Positions 9,511 to 19,236 are shown, counted from the stretch's first letter. The stretch is DNA of 32,000 nucleotides from Candidatus Heimdallarchaeota archaeon (GCA_030668875.1 DAOVER010000016.1:34098-66097), one strand, 5' to 3'. The notes: generated by a model from the letters alone, not told the origin. A program made the numbers and translations.

Positions 9511-10921
9511 CTCCTCTTCTCTTCTTTTCTTTTACTTTATTATTCATATAACTAATCCACTGAATTTCATCCCCCAGTAAATCAGAGATAATTTTTGAAG
9601 ATTTGACTCCTTTAAAGAGAGCTTGTACTTTAACTAGCAACCATTCAAAGGATCCTTTCATCTTAAATTGTATAAACAGTCTTATCGCTAACTCATAGAA
9701 CAATAATATGTAAGCTATTGCTAGAAACATCCACAACTCTTGCCCTCTACCTATTATTCCTTCTTCCATGAAATTATACCCTGGTAGTTTCTGTAAAATG
9801 AGCGACAGAATCCATCGAGGAAGTAGCTCTAATATATGCAAAGAATAGATAGTCAAAGAAAGAATTGACCATCTTCTAAAGAATTTAACGATTCTTCTAT
9901 TTGCAAATGTTTTACCTTTCCCTCTGTATTCTATTAAAGCTAGAAGAGTCATAAGTAAGCAAACCTGCCCTCCTAATCTAAGTAGGTAAGTGGTTATTGC
10001 AGGAGGTTGTTCAAGAAAAGTGAAAGGCAATCCTAAAACAATTAGGATTAAACCTGCAATGATCATTAAAACACCTACAAGACTTAGCCACAACAGTATT
10101 TTTTTCGGAGGTATTGGATCTGCAAGAAGCATACCGATAAGCGCTCCAATGAATGAAGAAGCTAGATAGGGGAAGAGAGGTTGTTTGGGACCATTAACTA
10201 TTGTTAAGAACCAAGTTCTAGCAGATCTATTGTGATAAACGAATTCTATGTCAGGCCAACCAAATTCTCCTGAAGGATATAACCAAGTAGAGTTTGAAAT
10301 CCAGTTGGAAATAAATGGAGTAAGAACTATAACAAATAGAATGAGACAAGCAAAAATAGCAATGTTTCTTATAACCTTCTCATAGCCTTTATTACGCATC
10401 AAAATATACATGAGTAATCCATTAATTACTAAACAAATACCTATTATCTGCAAGGTTTGGAACCAAAGAACTTCAACTTTGAAGTAAGCGAAATTAGTCC
10501 ATTCTAATGTTCTTATTGAATATCCAATATCGCCATAGTATCCCAAGATTCCCTCTATGAAGTAAGCTAATATTATAAGAACTACTCCTGTTGTAATTTG
10601 CTTTAGAAGTGATTTTAAAGGACTAATGTCAGCTTTTGTTTTTCTTATAAAAGTGTAAGAATTCACCACTGAAGAGATAAACAAGAAGAACCCATACCAA
10701 GATCCGAGGTAAGCAAATAATCCCATGATAATCAACAAAATTATAGGAAATTTTAGTATCTCTTCTTGGTTTGCCATAAATCCTTCAACATCGTACATCT
10801 TGAAGAGAATATGAAAAAGAGTCATCCCGAAGATTGCTACTCCTCTAAGAAAATCTAGAGTAACTAATCTTTTAGGTATTTTTGGTAATTCTTCTGATGA
10901 AGAAGGGGATTGAAGGTCCAA
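9503..10921 (-). CDS. HGSNAT/DUF1624-like multi-TM acyltransferase-family protein
   Basis: RLVTLDFLRGVAIFGMTLFH N-terminal motif, FQTLQIIG, PLFPYLASSFIG, SLTIYSLH, GSFEW; many TM helices; converges on and overlaps the 8209 gene by 8 nt. Confidence 0.78.
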   Translation of the reverse strand: MDLQSPSSSEELPKIPKRLVTLDFLRGVAIFGMTLFHILFKMYDVEGFMANQEEILKFPIILLIIMGLFAYLGSWYGFFLFISSVVNSYTFIRKTKADISPLKSLLKQITTGVVLIILAYFIEGILGYYGDIGYSIRTLEWTNFAYFKVEVLWFQTLQIIGICLVINGLLMYILMRNKGYEKVIRNIAIFACLILFVIVLTPFISNWISNSTWLYPSGEFGWPDIEFVYHNRSARTWFLTIVNGPKQPLFPYLASSFIGALIGMLLADPIPPKKILLWLSLVGVLMIIAGLILIVLGLPFTFLEQPPAITTYLLRLGGQVCLLMTLLALIEYRGKGKTFANRRIVKFFRRWSILSLTIYSLHILELLPRWILSLILQKLPGYNFMEEGIIGRGQELWMFLAIAYILLFYELAIRLFIQFKMKGSFEWLLVKVQALFKGVKSSKIISDLLGDEIQWISYMNNKVKEKKRRGVI

Positions 10922-11350
10922 GTCTATCTCTCGAAATCTTAAATATTAATGATTCTTGTTCTCCTAAACCATATTAAAGTTTTTCAAAAAACTCAATTGA
11001 ATAGAATCATAAACAGTCTGTTAAATTCTCTATCATATACTTTCATGCAAAAAACTACTGAAATAATTATTTTTGTAGCTGTAACAGCTTATGTGACAAA
11101 TATCTGTCTTCAGAAAAGATAAATTACAAGTTGAAAAGAAGACAATTTATCCTTCTTTCTTTCCACAAATGTTCGTTTAAATGATTCTATAAACGGGTAT
11201 ATCTTTTAAGTTAATGATTATGTGAACAAAGAATAACATGAGTTTTAAATACTAGCTAATACATATTACTTCGGCAAATTGTGGACGTGGAGAAGTAACA
11301 AAGAAAGTATATACATTTGATTACAATTTTGCTAAATATGAGGTATAAAA

Positions 11351-12451
11351 ATGCAAATTAGAAATAAATATAGAATTTCTCTGCTCATTGTTCTTATACT
11401 GAGTATGAGTGTGATAACAGCGATAACATCGCCTGTTATGGGAGTTACCATCGTGAAGATGGGAGATAATAATGCTATTGATAAAAGCATATTAGTAATT
11501 AGAGAAGATGTGCCAAATCCTTCAATCATGGAATATAATTCATTGGAATTTTCCTTGAGAATTAGCCATTGTTTTGGTCCTGTAATATGGATAGGGCATG
11601 GGAATGATCAGGGAATTACAACAGAAAATACCCAGATGTCTTGGGTTGAATTCGCTTCAAACATTGAAAAAACTCCTGCTAAAGATATAGTACTGTCTTG
11701 TGATTCTAAGAATCTAGTAAAACAAACAGATTTAGAAGAAATAGATGTGTTTACATTTGAAGGATCAATTGATGCAGTAATTGGAGGATTGTTTACATCA
11801 TATATAATAACTAGATCTCAAACTATTATCGACAAACTGCTTGTAAGAGCAATTGATATTGTATCAGGAATAGCTCAAAAAGAAGAGCTCGCAGTGGTAA
11901 TTGGTGATGGAGGTGGAGGAGGAACTACAACATCTACAGTTAATTACATTGTACGTAATCCTTTCGGTCCAGAAGGCGGATGGGGAATAGTAGAAACTAT
12001 ATGGAACTGCGGTAATCTGGCAATGGTTTTAATAGGCGCTTTACTTACCTTTTCATCATGCTGGATTGTGGTAAAAGTGAAATCAGTAATCAGCGCGGCA
12101 AGTGTAAATTTCTTTACTGCTGCGGCTAACTTCTTTGCTGTGCTATTTAATCATATGAGTAATGTTGCAATGATAGGTGGTGCGTTACTTGCCTTTTTAC
12201 CTGAAATAGTTATTTTTATCTGTACTAAACTGATCCCTGCAATAGCTTGGTTTCTTCAAGCTGCAGCAATTGCAGATGTGACTGCTCAAGCTGGGGTAAT
12301 AGCAACAACAGCTGGAACTGCTACTGCCCTTAAAGTATTGCAAATTATTTCAATAATTGCAACAGTTGTATGGTGGATAATAGGATCTATTTCGGATCTT
12401 ACTGATAAAGATGATATCTGCAATATGCCAGCTTGGATGTTTGGTGGATGA
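11351..12451 (+). CDS. Secreted protein: signal peptide, putative clan CD (caspase/CHAT-like) cysteine peptidase domain, poly-Gly linker, hydrophobic C-terminal domain; candidate toxin precursor
   Basis: SD GAGGT upstream; VIWIGHG (His83) and DIVLSCDS (Cys117); IGDGGGGGTTT linker; about 150 aa of Ala/Gly/Ile-rich helices with 4 Cys. Confidence 0.6.
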   Translation: MQIRNKYRISLLIVLILSMSVITAITSPVMGVTIVKMGDNNAIDKSILVIREDVPNPSIMEYNSLEFSLRISHCFGPVIWIGHGNDQGITTENTQMSWVEFASNIEKTPAKDIVLSCDSKNLVKQTDLEEIDVFTFEGSIDAVIGGLFTSYIITRSQTIIDKLLVRAIDIVSGIAQKEELAVVIGDGGGGGTTTSTVNYIVRNPFGPEGGWGIVETIWNCGNLAMVLIGALLTFSSCWIVVKVKSVISAASVNFFTAAANFFAVLFNHMSNVAMIGGALLAFLPEIVIFICTKLIPAIAWFLQAAAIADVTAQAGVIATTAGTATALKVLQIISIIATVVWWIIGSISDLTDKDDICNMPAWMFGG

Positions 12452-12503
12452 AATTAAACAATTCAAAAACATTAAAAGAATTGAATATGGAGATGGATTT
12501 GAA

Positions 12504-13349
12504 ATGAAAAGATCTAATTCATCTTCAAAGTTTTTTTCTCAAGATAAAGAAGATCTACAAATTTGGGGTTTCTCACGAAAAAAATCAATAAAAATATTAA
12601 TGCTGATAACACTCTTTCTGTTCATCTTAGTAACTCTTTTCCTATTATGGGGATTAGCAATTACTTCGAGGTATAGGGTATATTGGTATGATATTTTTAA
12701 TCTTAAAAGCTTCTTAATGGTTATTATTGCAGGGGGATGGATGAGTTTCGCTCCAAGTGCTATAGCGTTTTTATTGAAACCAAAGAAACGAGAAAGACGT
12801 TTTCTTTTAGGTATGAATTGGCTCTTAGCTATTATTGGAACAATTATTACAACAATAGCCTATGTTTTATTAATCATTTTTGTTTGGATTCCTTCCTTAT
12901 CCGTTTCTGATCAATTGATACCATCCTTAAAATATGGTGTACCAATTATCTTACCAGTAATAGTATGGCCTTCTGTTTTTATCCTTTGGTTCTCCTATAT
13001 TCTCTTAACGACATACACTAATATAGTAATTAATCAGAATATAAAGGAAATATTAGTTTACGGGCGCACAGCAAAAGGAGATAGATTCAGTTATACCTTT
13101 CCTCTTTCACCGGAATATCAGTTAGCAATTATGAAATATGATTTAAAAAACTCCCCTGAAAAATTCCAACGGTGGGGAATATTTTTAGAAACTGAAACGC
13201 AGTTAGTAAGACTCTACTCAGGATACGAAAAAGGAGTTAAACAATTTCTTGAAGAACTAGTAGCAATAACAAATTGGATAACAGTTACAAAGACAGATGA
13301 AGAACCACCAAATATATTAGAAATTTGTACTCCTAAAGGTTCCGTATAG
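12504..13349 (+). CDS. Membrane protein (about 4 TM plus C-terminal soluble, possibly PH-like domain); candidate immunity/partner protein
   Basis: Four hydrophobic segments then a soluble beta-rich tail. I prefer ATG 12504 (GGAG upstream) to the track start 12411, which overlaps the previous gene by 41 nt. Confidence 0.6.
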   Translation: MKRSNSSSKFFSQDKEDLQIWGFSRKKSIKILMLITLFLFILVTLFLLWGLAITSRYRVYWYDIFNLKSFLMVIIAGGWMSFAPSAIAFLLKPKKRERRFLLGMNWLLAIIGTIITTIAYVLLIIFVWIPSLSVSDQLIPSLKYGVPIILPVIVWPSVFILWFSYILLTTYTNIVINQNIKEILVYGRTAKGDRFSYTFPLSPEYQLAIMKYDLKNSPEKFQRWGIFLETETQLVRLYSGYEKGVKQFLEELVAITNWITVTKTDEEPPNILEICTPKGSV

Positions 13350-13462
13350 AACACCAAAATCAGTTTGTATTATGATTAGTTTCTATTATTGTTTATCGTT
13401 TAATTTTGTAAGATTAATATACTTCCATGTGAATATATATCCAATAAAGTAATGGTGGTTTT

Positions 13463-13954
13463 ATGACACAGAAAAGAAATAGCAATTTCTTACAATCAAG
13501 TGGTATTTGGGAAGGTGTTTTTGCCAATTATGTGAACAGAGATGGTGGCATTGAACAAGAAGGCAAAATAATAGTTAAAGTAGAAGTCGATACTAATGGA
13601 GTTATCACTCATGAGAATTCCTTTTTTAGGCTTGATGGAACACAGAGTGATTATGTGGGTTCATTAAACGTTAGAGTAGAAGGAAATAATCTCATCAACT
13701 TGTTGGAAATTGATGAAGATCCAAATACAAAGAACAAAATAAAAAATCACAGATTTGAAGGTTATATTGTGAAGAATCACATTTTTATTTATGAAACATA
13801 TGAAGAGATTTTTCCTAATGGAAAAAAAGATTTTCGTCGAAACTCTGTTCATTATTTCTTCATTAAGGAAAATGAATTAATCATGCTAGCTGATGTATAT
13901 TTAAATGACAAATTGCTTGTTTTCGCAAACACAAAATTAGAAAAAAAGGACTAG
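13463..13954 (+). CDS. Hypothetical protein, beta-strand rich (possible lipocalin/streptavidin-like barrel)
   Basis: 163-aa ORF with GGTGG SD; alternating-pattern strands and WEGVF near the N-terminus; fold call is inference. Confidence 0.6.
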   Translation: MTQKRNSNFLQSSGIWEGVFANYVNRDGGIEQEGKIIVKVEVDTNGVITHENSFFRLDGTQSDYVGSLNVRVEGNNLINLLEIDEDPNTKNKIKNHRFEGYIVKNHIFIYETYEEIFPNGKKDFRRNSVHYFFIKENELIMLADVYLNDKLLVFANTKLEKKD

Positions 13955-14059
13955 AATTTACTATGTGGAGAAGTTACTCCAGAAATAAACTAGAAGTGAT
14001 TTTCTCATCAGTTGCATTTTTTGCAATAATAATTTTTTTGCAAGAAACTAACTAATTTA

Positions 14060-15532
14060 CTAGAAACCTAAAGCTATAAGACCGATTGAATAGAGTACAC
14101 CCAACACTCCACAAGCTAATGTTAAAGGTAGCATCTTTTGTACGTATTTGAGAAAAGATATAGGAAAATCTTCCCTTCGAAGTATCTCTAGTGACATTAG
14201 AATAGTAATTGATCCAAGAGGTGTCAATGCACCACCAATATTCCCAGAAAGAACAAAACCAATCCACAAACCTACTCCTGTTGCCACACCTAATCCTAAA
14301 GCTTGGTAGATATAAGAGAAAATAAGTGCTGCTGAAAAACTATTCATAAATCCTGCTATTAATAATCCTACGGCACCAATTATTATTGCTACCAAAATTA
14401 ACCCTCCTATTGTTGGTTCCCCACTCCTTAAGTAAACATCTGCAATGGAAGATGGAAGGACGAGAATTGGATTTTTCTCTAAAATCCCTCCTAAGATGGT
14501 GTTCAGCGGAACTAGGGCACCTGCAGCTGTTAATAAACCCATAAGAATAAAAAGAGCGATAGCGAAAATAATCATCTCCCATTCGACACCTTCTCGAAGA
14601 TAACGTTTCAAATCTGTCTTGAAAAGAAAAAGACCGAAAAATACAGCAATTAGAGCTGTAATAGCTACATCTAGAGGATTACCTGGAATGCTTGTAAGTA
14701 TAAATCCTATAAAAAGAAATCCAAGAAGAATTAATGATTTCCAAATGTTTTTTCTATCAGTAATCCCTGACCAAGGATTAATTCTTCCAATCTGCTCTCC
14801 TTTCTCATCTGTGACTTTAATTTGTAGTTGCTTCTTATAAATAAGGAAGAAAAATGCTGTAGCAAGAGCAAAGAAAAGAATTGCAATAGGGAGCATATAT
14901 GCTGTAAATGTGATGAAGTTAATATTTGCTTCTGGATACAAGTTGAAGAAAATGATATTAGGTATCGAAGAAACAGGAGTGGGTAAACCTCCAATTATGG
15001 TGTTGATTCCAACGAATAGCACGTAAGGTTCTGGGTTAATTTCGAGCTGTTTACATGTAACAACTGTTAAAGACCCTAGAAGAATAATAGCACTTAAATT
15101 ATCAAAAAACATTGAAACAAAAAATGTTAGTCCACCTAAAGCTATTAGTAGTTTTTTTGGATCACCTTTAGTCAATTTAACAATGTATAGCGATACAAAG
15201 TCAAAGAAACCTGCACCTTTGGTAATAGCAACTATTATACCTATAGAAAAGATGATTAGTATAGCTTCTATATTCACTGTTTTTGCTAAGGCTTCTAGAT
15301 AATGGACATTCTCAGATATTTCTTCATATCCTAAGTTTTTTTCAAAACCTTCCTTCCAGTTCATAAGTACTAGATACAATGTTGAAACTGCTAATGCACC
15401 AGCAGCGGTGACTTTTGTAGAATCAATTCCCTCTTTTGTTAGTAAAATAATTGTAATTAGAACGATGATTACAATAAGTATTGTTCCAATCCACTGGTAA
15501 TTTTCTCCTAACAGATTTATGGGGTTTGACAA
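14060..15532 (-). CDS. ArsB/NhaD (ion transporter superfamily, SLC13/P-protein-like) permease
   Basis: About 12 TM; NIEAILIIFSIGIIV, AGFFDFVS, SMFFDNLSAII, GGLPTPVSSIPNII, GNIGGALTPLGSIT. Confidence 0.87.
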   Translation of the reverse strand: MSNPINLLGENYQWIGTILIVIIVLITIILLTKEGIDSTKVTAAGALAVSTLYLVLMNWKEGFEKNLGYEEISENVHYLEALAKTVNIEAILIIFSIGIIVAITKGAGFFDFVSLYIVKLTKGDPKKLLIALGGLTFFVSMFFDNLSAIILLGSLTVVTCKQLEINPEPYVLFVGINTIIGGLPTPVSSIPNIIFFNLYPEANINFITFTAYMLPIAILFFALATAFFFLIYKKQLQIKVTDEKGEQIGRINPWSGITDRKNIWKSLILLGFLFIGFILTSIPGNPLDVAITALIAVFFGLFLFKTDLKRYLREGVEWEMIIFAIALFILMGLLTAAGALVPLNTILGGILEKNPILVLPSSIADVYLRSGEPTIGGLILVAIIIGAVGLLIAGFMNSFSAALIFSYIYQALGLGVATGVGLWIGFVLSGNIGGALTPLGSITILMSLEILRREDFPISFLKYVQKMLPLTLACGVLGVLYSIGLIALGF

Positions 15533-15536
15533 TTGT

Positions 15537-15722
15537 TCACCTTTGTAAATTCATCTTTTTCAGAGTAGGGTTCAATCTTATAATTGTTTGTTGAATTATA
15601 GTATCGAACCGTTTGTTCAACTCTTCTGCTGATAATACTGCGTTTCTAGATTTTGCTGTACCATCAATAATAAGCAAACCTTTCCAGTATCGATGATCTA
15701 ACAGAAGGTAATGTTCAGAAAT
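15537..15722 (-). pseudogene. Possible remnant of a universal stress protein (USP)-like gene
   Basis: Start-less frame reads YWKGLLIIDGTAKSRNAVLSAEELNKRFDT, resembling the USP N-terminal strand/helix (ILVxIDGSxxSxxAL..A.EL.K.F); stops 4 nt before the permease start. Confidence 0.35.
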
Positions 15723-15980
15723 TTATTAAGAGTGATTTTTAAAATGACCTTCTGTTTATTAGGATCCATATGCTTATCATGCTTCACTTAAAGCTTAACC
15801 TAAAAAGGCTTTAGATATGAATGACAAAATCTTCTTCTTATAACTTCCAAACTATGTGAAAGTGATGAAAAAACATTTTCTTCAATCTATTTTTTTCCTT
15901 GAATTTCCACAACAAAAATTTAAGGTTGTGAATTTCATTAACAAAATTAAAGAAAAATAGAAAAATGTATTAGAAGCAAG

Positions 15981-16793
15981 TTAATTCCTAACATGCTTTC
16001 TAATGAGTAAAACAGAAGGTACAACGAGTATCATTAATAAAAAGAACATTGAGAATTGGTTTATATTTAATTCTGATATTATGGGTACGGGGGATTCTGC
16101 TAAAGGATAGGGATCAGCAAACTTTCCACCATCAATGGAGTAATTCCCAGTTCCAGAATAATCATTCCAAAAATTACCTTCATTTGTATTGACATCATAC
16201 CAAACAGAATAATTTCCGGCGTCATAAGCCTGAGGTATACCTAGTCCTAGAGCATTCGAAATGAAAGAATTGTGGTGAAATATATTATATTCGTTTACTA
16301 GAGGATAAAGATAGACTCCCCATTCAACATTCTCTTGTATGAGATTATAAGTAAAATTACAATGATTGGTATACGTTAGAACTATACCCATTACACTACC
16401 CATGAGAGTATTATTAGAAATAGTGTTGTTAAAGCAATATTGTATATACAAGGCATAATTTTCATTATCGTAACATTTATTGAGAGAAATATTCGAGTTA
16501 CTAACAGCCATTAAGTTTATGTCTTTATTGGTTTGATTGTAACAAACATTTCCTTTGATCTCTACTCCACCAGAATTTATTACCCTTATTCCTATTTCTT
16601 GGTTATAACAGGTATTATCTTCAACTATTGCTCCATCTATCTCTTCTAGATGCATTCCAACTGCGTTTTCAGAGCAAGTATTTTCTAGTAACAAACAATC
16701 ATACGTATCAAATAGTTCTATATCATTGTTGTTCCATTTATAAGTATTGTTAGAAAATGTACTATAATCAACATGAAGTTTAATCCTAATGCT
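15981..16793 (-). pseudogene. NosD/right-handed beta-helix surface protein, 5'-truncated
   Basis: Parallel beta-helix repeats (NNTLMG, YNLIQEN, HHNSFISN), NFWNDYSG...DPYPL, C-terminal TM plus basic tail. The frame extends upstream of TTG 16694 with more repeats (STFSNNTYKWNNNDIEL) to a TAA at 16794-16796 with no start or signal peptide. Confidence 0.7.
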
Positions 16794-17443
16794 TTATACT
16801 AATCTAGATTTGAATTGGGGGAATAGACATTAGAAATGACTGGAATTGTTAAAATCAAGAGAACTTCGTTTAGACAATATTACTAGCATCAAACATTTAT
16901 CACTTTGAGGAATCACTCCATTTATATCTAGATTGTTCTAGAGTTCATGTAAATTTAATTAATTTTGAAGTTTCCTTAGTCAACTGCCTAGCAGTAAATT
17001 TCTTTGATCTTACTTAATCTCTAACTATTTCTTTTCTTCTCTGCCTAAATCGTTTATTATATAGTTTAAAGGAAGAGTTCAATATTCTTATATCTGATAT
17101 TTTGAAAAAAATATCTTAATTTCATTAACTGAATGTGGTGTTCAAGTTAAACGTTGTGTAAAGGTGACCTACTTATTACTTCCAAACTATATTAAAGAGC
17201 CTTCTTAATCTAATGATAGAATCTAATAACAATGTAGAAGATATGAAAAGATACCATTTTGAATGCGAGATGATTTTTCTTTGCTCTATTTTGAAAAACA
17301 AGAATTCTAACAAGTCTTGCATATTTATTAGAATTGCTTCCTTCACAATAAATTTTCCAAGATGATTATCTTCGCTAGCAGAAAAGATGCTAAACGAAAA
17401 TCATTAATAAGTAGCAATGAAATAATAATGCAGGTGAAATTCA

Positions 17444-17668
17444 TTGTTAATAAAATTTGAGATATATAAAGATGAAGACTTCTGGTGTGCAAGAGGTATT
17501 GGAATAGATATTTTTACTCAAGGTAATACAATGGATAATCTGATGGATAACATTAAGGAAGCAGTAGAAGTCCATTTTGAAGATATTTTAAACAAAGGAG
17601 AAGAGATAAGAATCCTTTCAATTTCAGAAATTGAGGTAGGTTCAGTTGCCAAAATTGCCAGTAATTAG
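17444..17668 (+). CDS. hicB: HicB family antitoxin (short, no DNA-binding domain)
   Basis: YKDEDFWCA...IFTQGNTMDNLMDNIKEAVEVHF; SD AGGTGA upstream of TTG. Confidence 0.85.
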   Translation: MLIKFEIYKDEDFWCARGIGIDIFTQGNTMDNLMDNIKEAVEVHFEDILNKGEEIRILSISEIEVGSVAKIASN

Positions 17669-17894
17669 TGGTAATCACTTAATCAAGATGTTATCAAAAT
17701 TAGGTTACAAGATAATCAGGCAAAGGGGGAGTCACGTAAGTCTAAGAAAAACAACTGAAGCTGGAGAACATAATATTACAGTCCCCTTACACTCTGAAAT
17801 TGCAAAAGGAACATTGAGTGATATATTATCAAAAATATCAATTTGGAATAATATTCCAAAGGATAAACTAATTGAAATAATAAGGAAAATCTAA
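17646..17894 (+). CDS. hicA: HicA family mRNA interferase toxin
   Basis: MPKLPVISG..LIKML.KLGY..IRQRGSHV...ITVPLHSEIAKGTLSDIL; overlaps hicB. Confidence 0.92.
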   Translation: MPKLPVISGNHLIKMLSKLGYKIIRQRGSHVSLRKTTEAGEHNITVPLHSEIAKGTLSDILSKISIWNNIPKDKLIEIIRKI

Positions 17895-18122
17895 ATAAAA
17901 AATAAGTTACTAGGAGTTCGAGTTGAAATTTTAATCTTCAAGAAAGAAAAGTCAAATGGAATAATATTTAAAAGGTTTATCTCTTTTCATTTTAATGCAT
18001 AGACTATATTCTTCTAATATAGAGGATTATTCAAGAGAATTAATATCTGTTGATCATGTGGAAAATAATTAGAGATTGAATCTTTTAATAAGTAATTGCA
18101 CTTCACTTATTTGGAGATAAAA

Positions 18123-18362
18123 ATGGCAGATGTTTGGATGGAGAATATAGCATCAAAAATAGACATATGTCATGGAAAAGTATGCATTAAGGGTACAAGA
18201 GTAATGCCTTCCGTGATTCTTGACAACTTAGCTGAAGGGTTATCTGAAGAGGAAATTCTTTCTGAATATCCTTCCTTAAAGAAAGGAGATGTTAATATTG
18301 CTATTCTCTACGCTGCTTCCTTAGCTAGAGGGGATATAATACCATTAAAGGCAGAAAGCTGA
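18123..18362 (+). CDS. DUF433 domain protein (antitoxin-like wHTH)
   Basis: ICHGKVCIKGTRVMPSVILDNLAEGLSEEEILSEYPSL; ATG 18123 with GGAG SD preferred over TTG 18096. Confidence 0.88.
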   Translation: MADVWMENIASKIDICHGKVCIKGTRVMPSVILDNLAEGLSEEEILSEYPSLKKGDVNIAILYAASLARGDIIPLKAES

Positions 18363-18469
18363 GGGAATGTAAATGCAATTCAAATTTTTTTGATTACTTC
18401 TCTTTAATTTAACATTGTGGCAGGATATAGAAAATCTATTTAATATATTTCGAGATTTAAATTGAAGAT

Positions 18470-19066
18470 TTATTGTTTTTCAGAATCATTTTCTTCTCTG
18501 ATAAATTCTTTCGCTTCTTCAATGAATTTATCAATTAAATTTTCTACTCCAATGCTCTTTGCTCTTAATTGTAGATCTTGGTCTGTAAAATTATCTTCAT
18601 TATGAGCATAAACAGCTAAAGCATCTTCGTAATCTTGTTCTGAACCAAATTTCAGTTTGTAAGGTATCATATTTATTGGGTTATCAATTTTTACTTCAAC
18701 TTCATCAAATTTGAAATCTATCGCCATTTCTATACTTTCATTTTCTAATCTTGAATAATTACCCTTCAGTTCAATTCTAAATGAACTATTTTTTGGATAA
18801 AACGTGCAATGAGATTGTTCATCTAACCCATCTAAATCTGACAAAGTGATATCAAAACCACGATTTGACATTGAATTCACAAAATCTTGTTTTTTTAGTT
18901 TGGAATGGTTTATAATAAGATCTAAATCCATTGTCATTCTTGCTCTACCAATTGCATTAACTGCTAAACCACCAACAATGACATAAGGCACACTATTCTC
19001 CTTAAAATATGTAACCAAGGATTCGATGTAATCTGAAATATTTTCTGTCACTTTAATCTTCCTCAT
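18470..19066 (-). CDS. Nucleotidyltransferase (Pol beta superfamily, DUF6036/AbiEii-like)
   Basis: YVIVGGLAVNAIG..RMTMDLDLII (G-G/S and DxD motifs); C-terminal KLKFGSEQDYEDA. Confidence 0.82.
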   Translation of the reverse strand: MRKIKVTENISDYIESLVTYFKENSVPYVIVGGLAVNAIGRARMTMDLDLIINHSKLKKQDFVNSMSNRGFDITLSDLDGLDEQSHCTFYPKNSSFRIELKGNYSRLENESIEMAIDFKFDEVEVKIDNPINMIPYKLKFGSEQDYEDALAVYAHNEDNFTDQDLQLRAKSIGVENLIDKFIEEAKEFIREENDSEKQ

Positions 19067-19236
19067 TTCTTCTTGCTTTTCTTCCGTTGTCGATTTCTTA
19101 ATCCAAAATTGATGAAATCAGCTGCTTCACTTGTATATCTTTCAGTAGGAATCATTTTTGCTTTTAAAGCATCTTTTACAGCGTCTTTTTTCCTTTGTTC
19201 AATCCTTTTTTTCTTCCTATCGATATTAATGCTCAT
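19063..19236 (-). CDS. 57-aa basic protein translationally coupled to the nucleotidyltransferase (not in the ORF track)
   Basis: MSINIDRKKKRIEQRKKDAVKDALKAKMIPTERYTSEAADFINFGLRNRQRKKSKKK*; its TGA overlaps the NTase ATG (ATGA); TATA-like TTTATATT about 25 nt upstream. Confidence 0.7.
   Translation of the reverse strand: MSINIDRKKKRIEQRKKDAVKDALKAKMIPTERYTSEAADFINFGLRNRQRKKSKKK

Noticed and set aside
8412-14994. Short track ORFs 8412-8603, 8889-9161, 11332-11529, 13664-13852, 14052-14267, 14340-14582, 14619-14840, 14731-14994
   Set aside because: All lie within or almost wholly overlap longer motif-bearing genes on the opposite strand and show no recognisable motifs
6070-15532. HGSNAT-, P-protein- and retinol-dehydrogenase-like genes as a cluster of eukaryotic signature proteins
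   Set aside because: All three families are widespread in bacteria and archaea; nothing in the sequence shows special eukaryotic affinity without phylogeny
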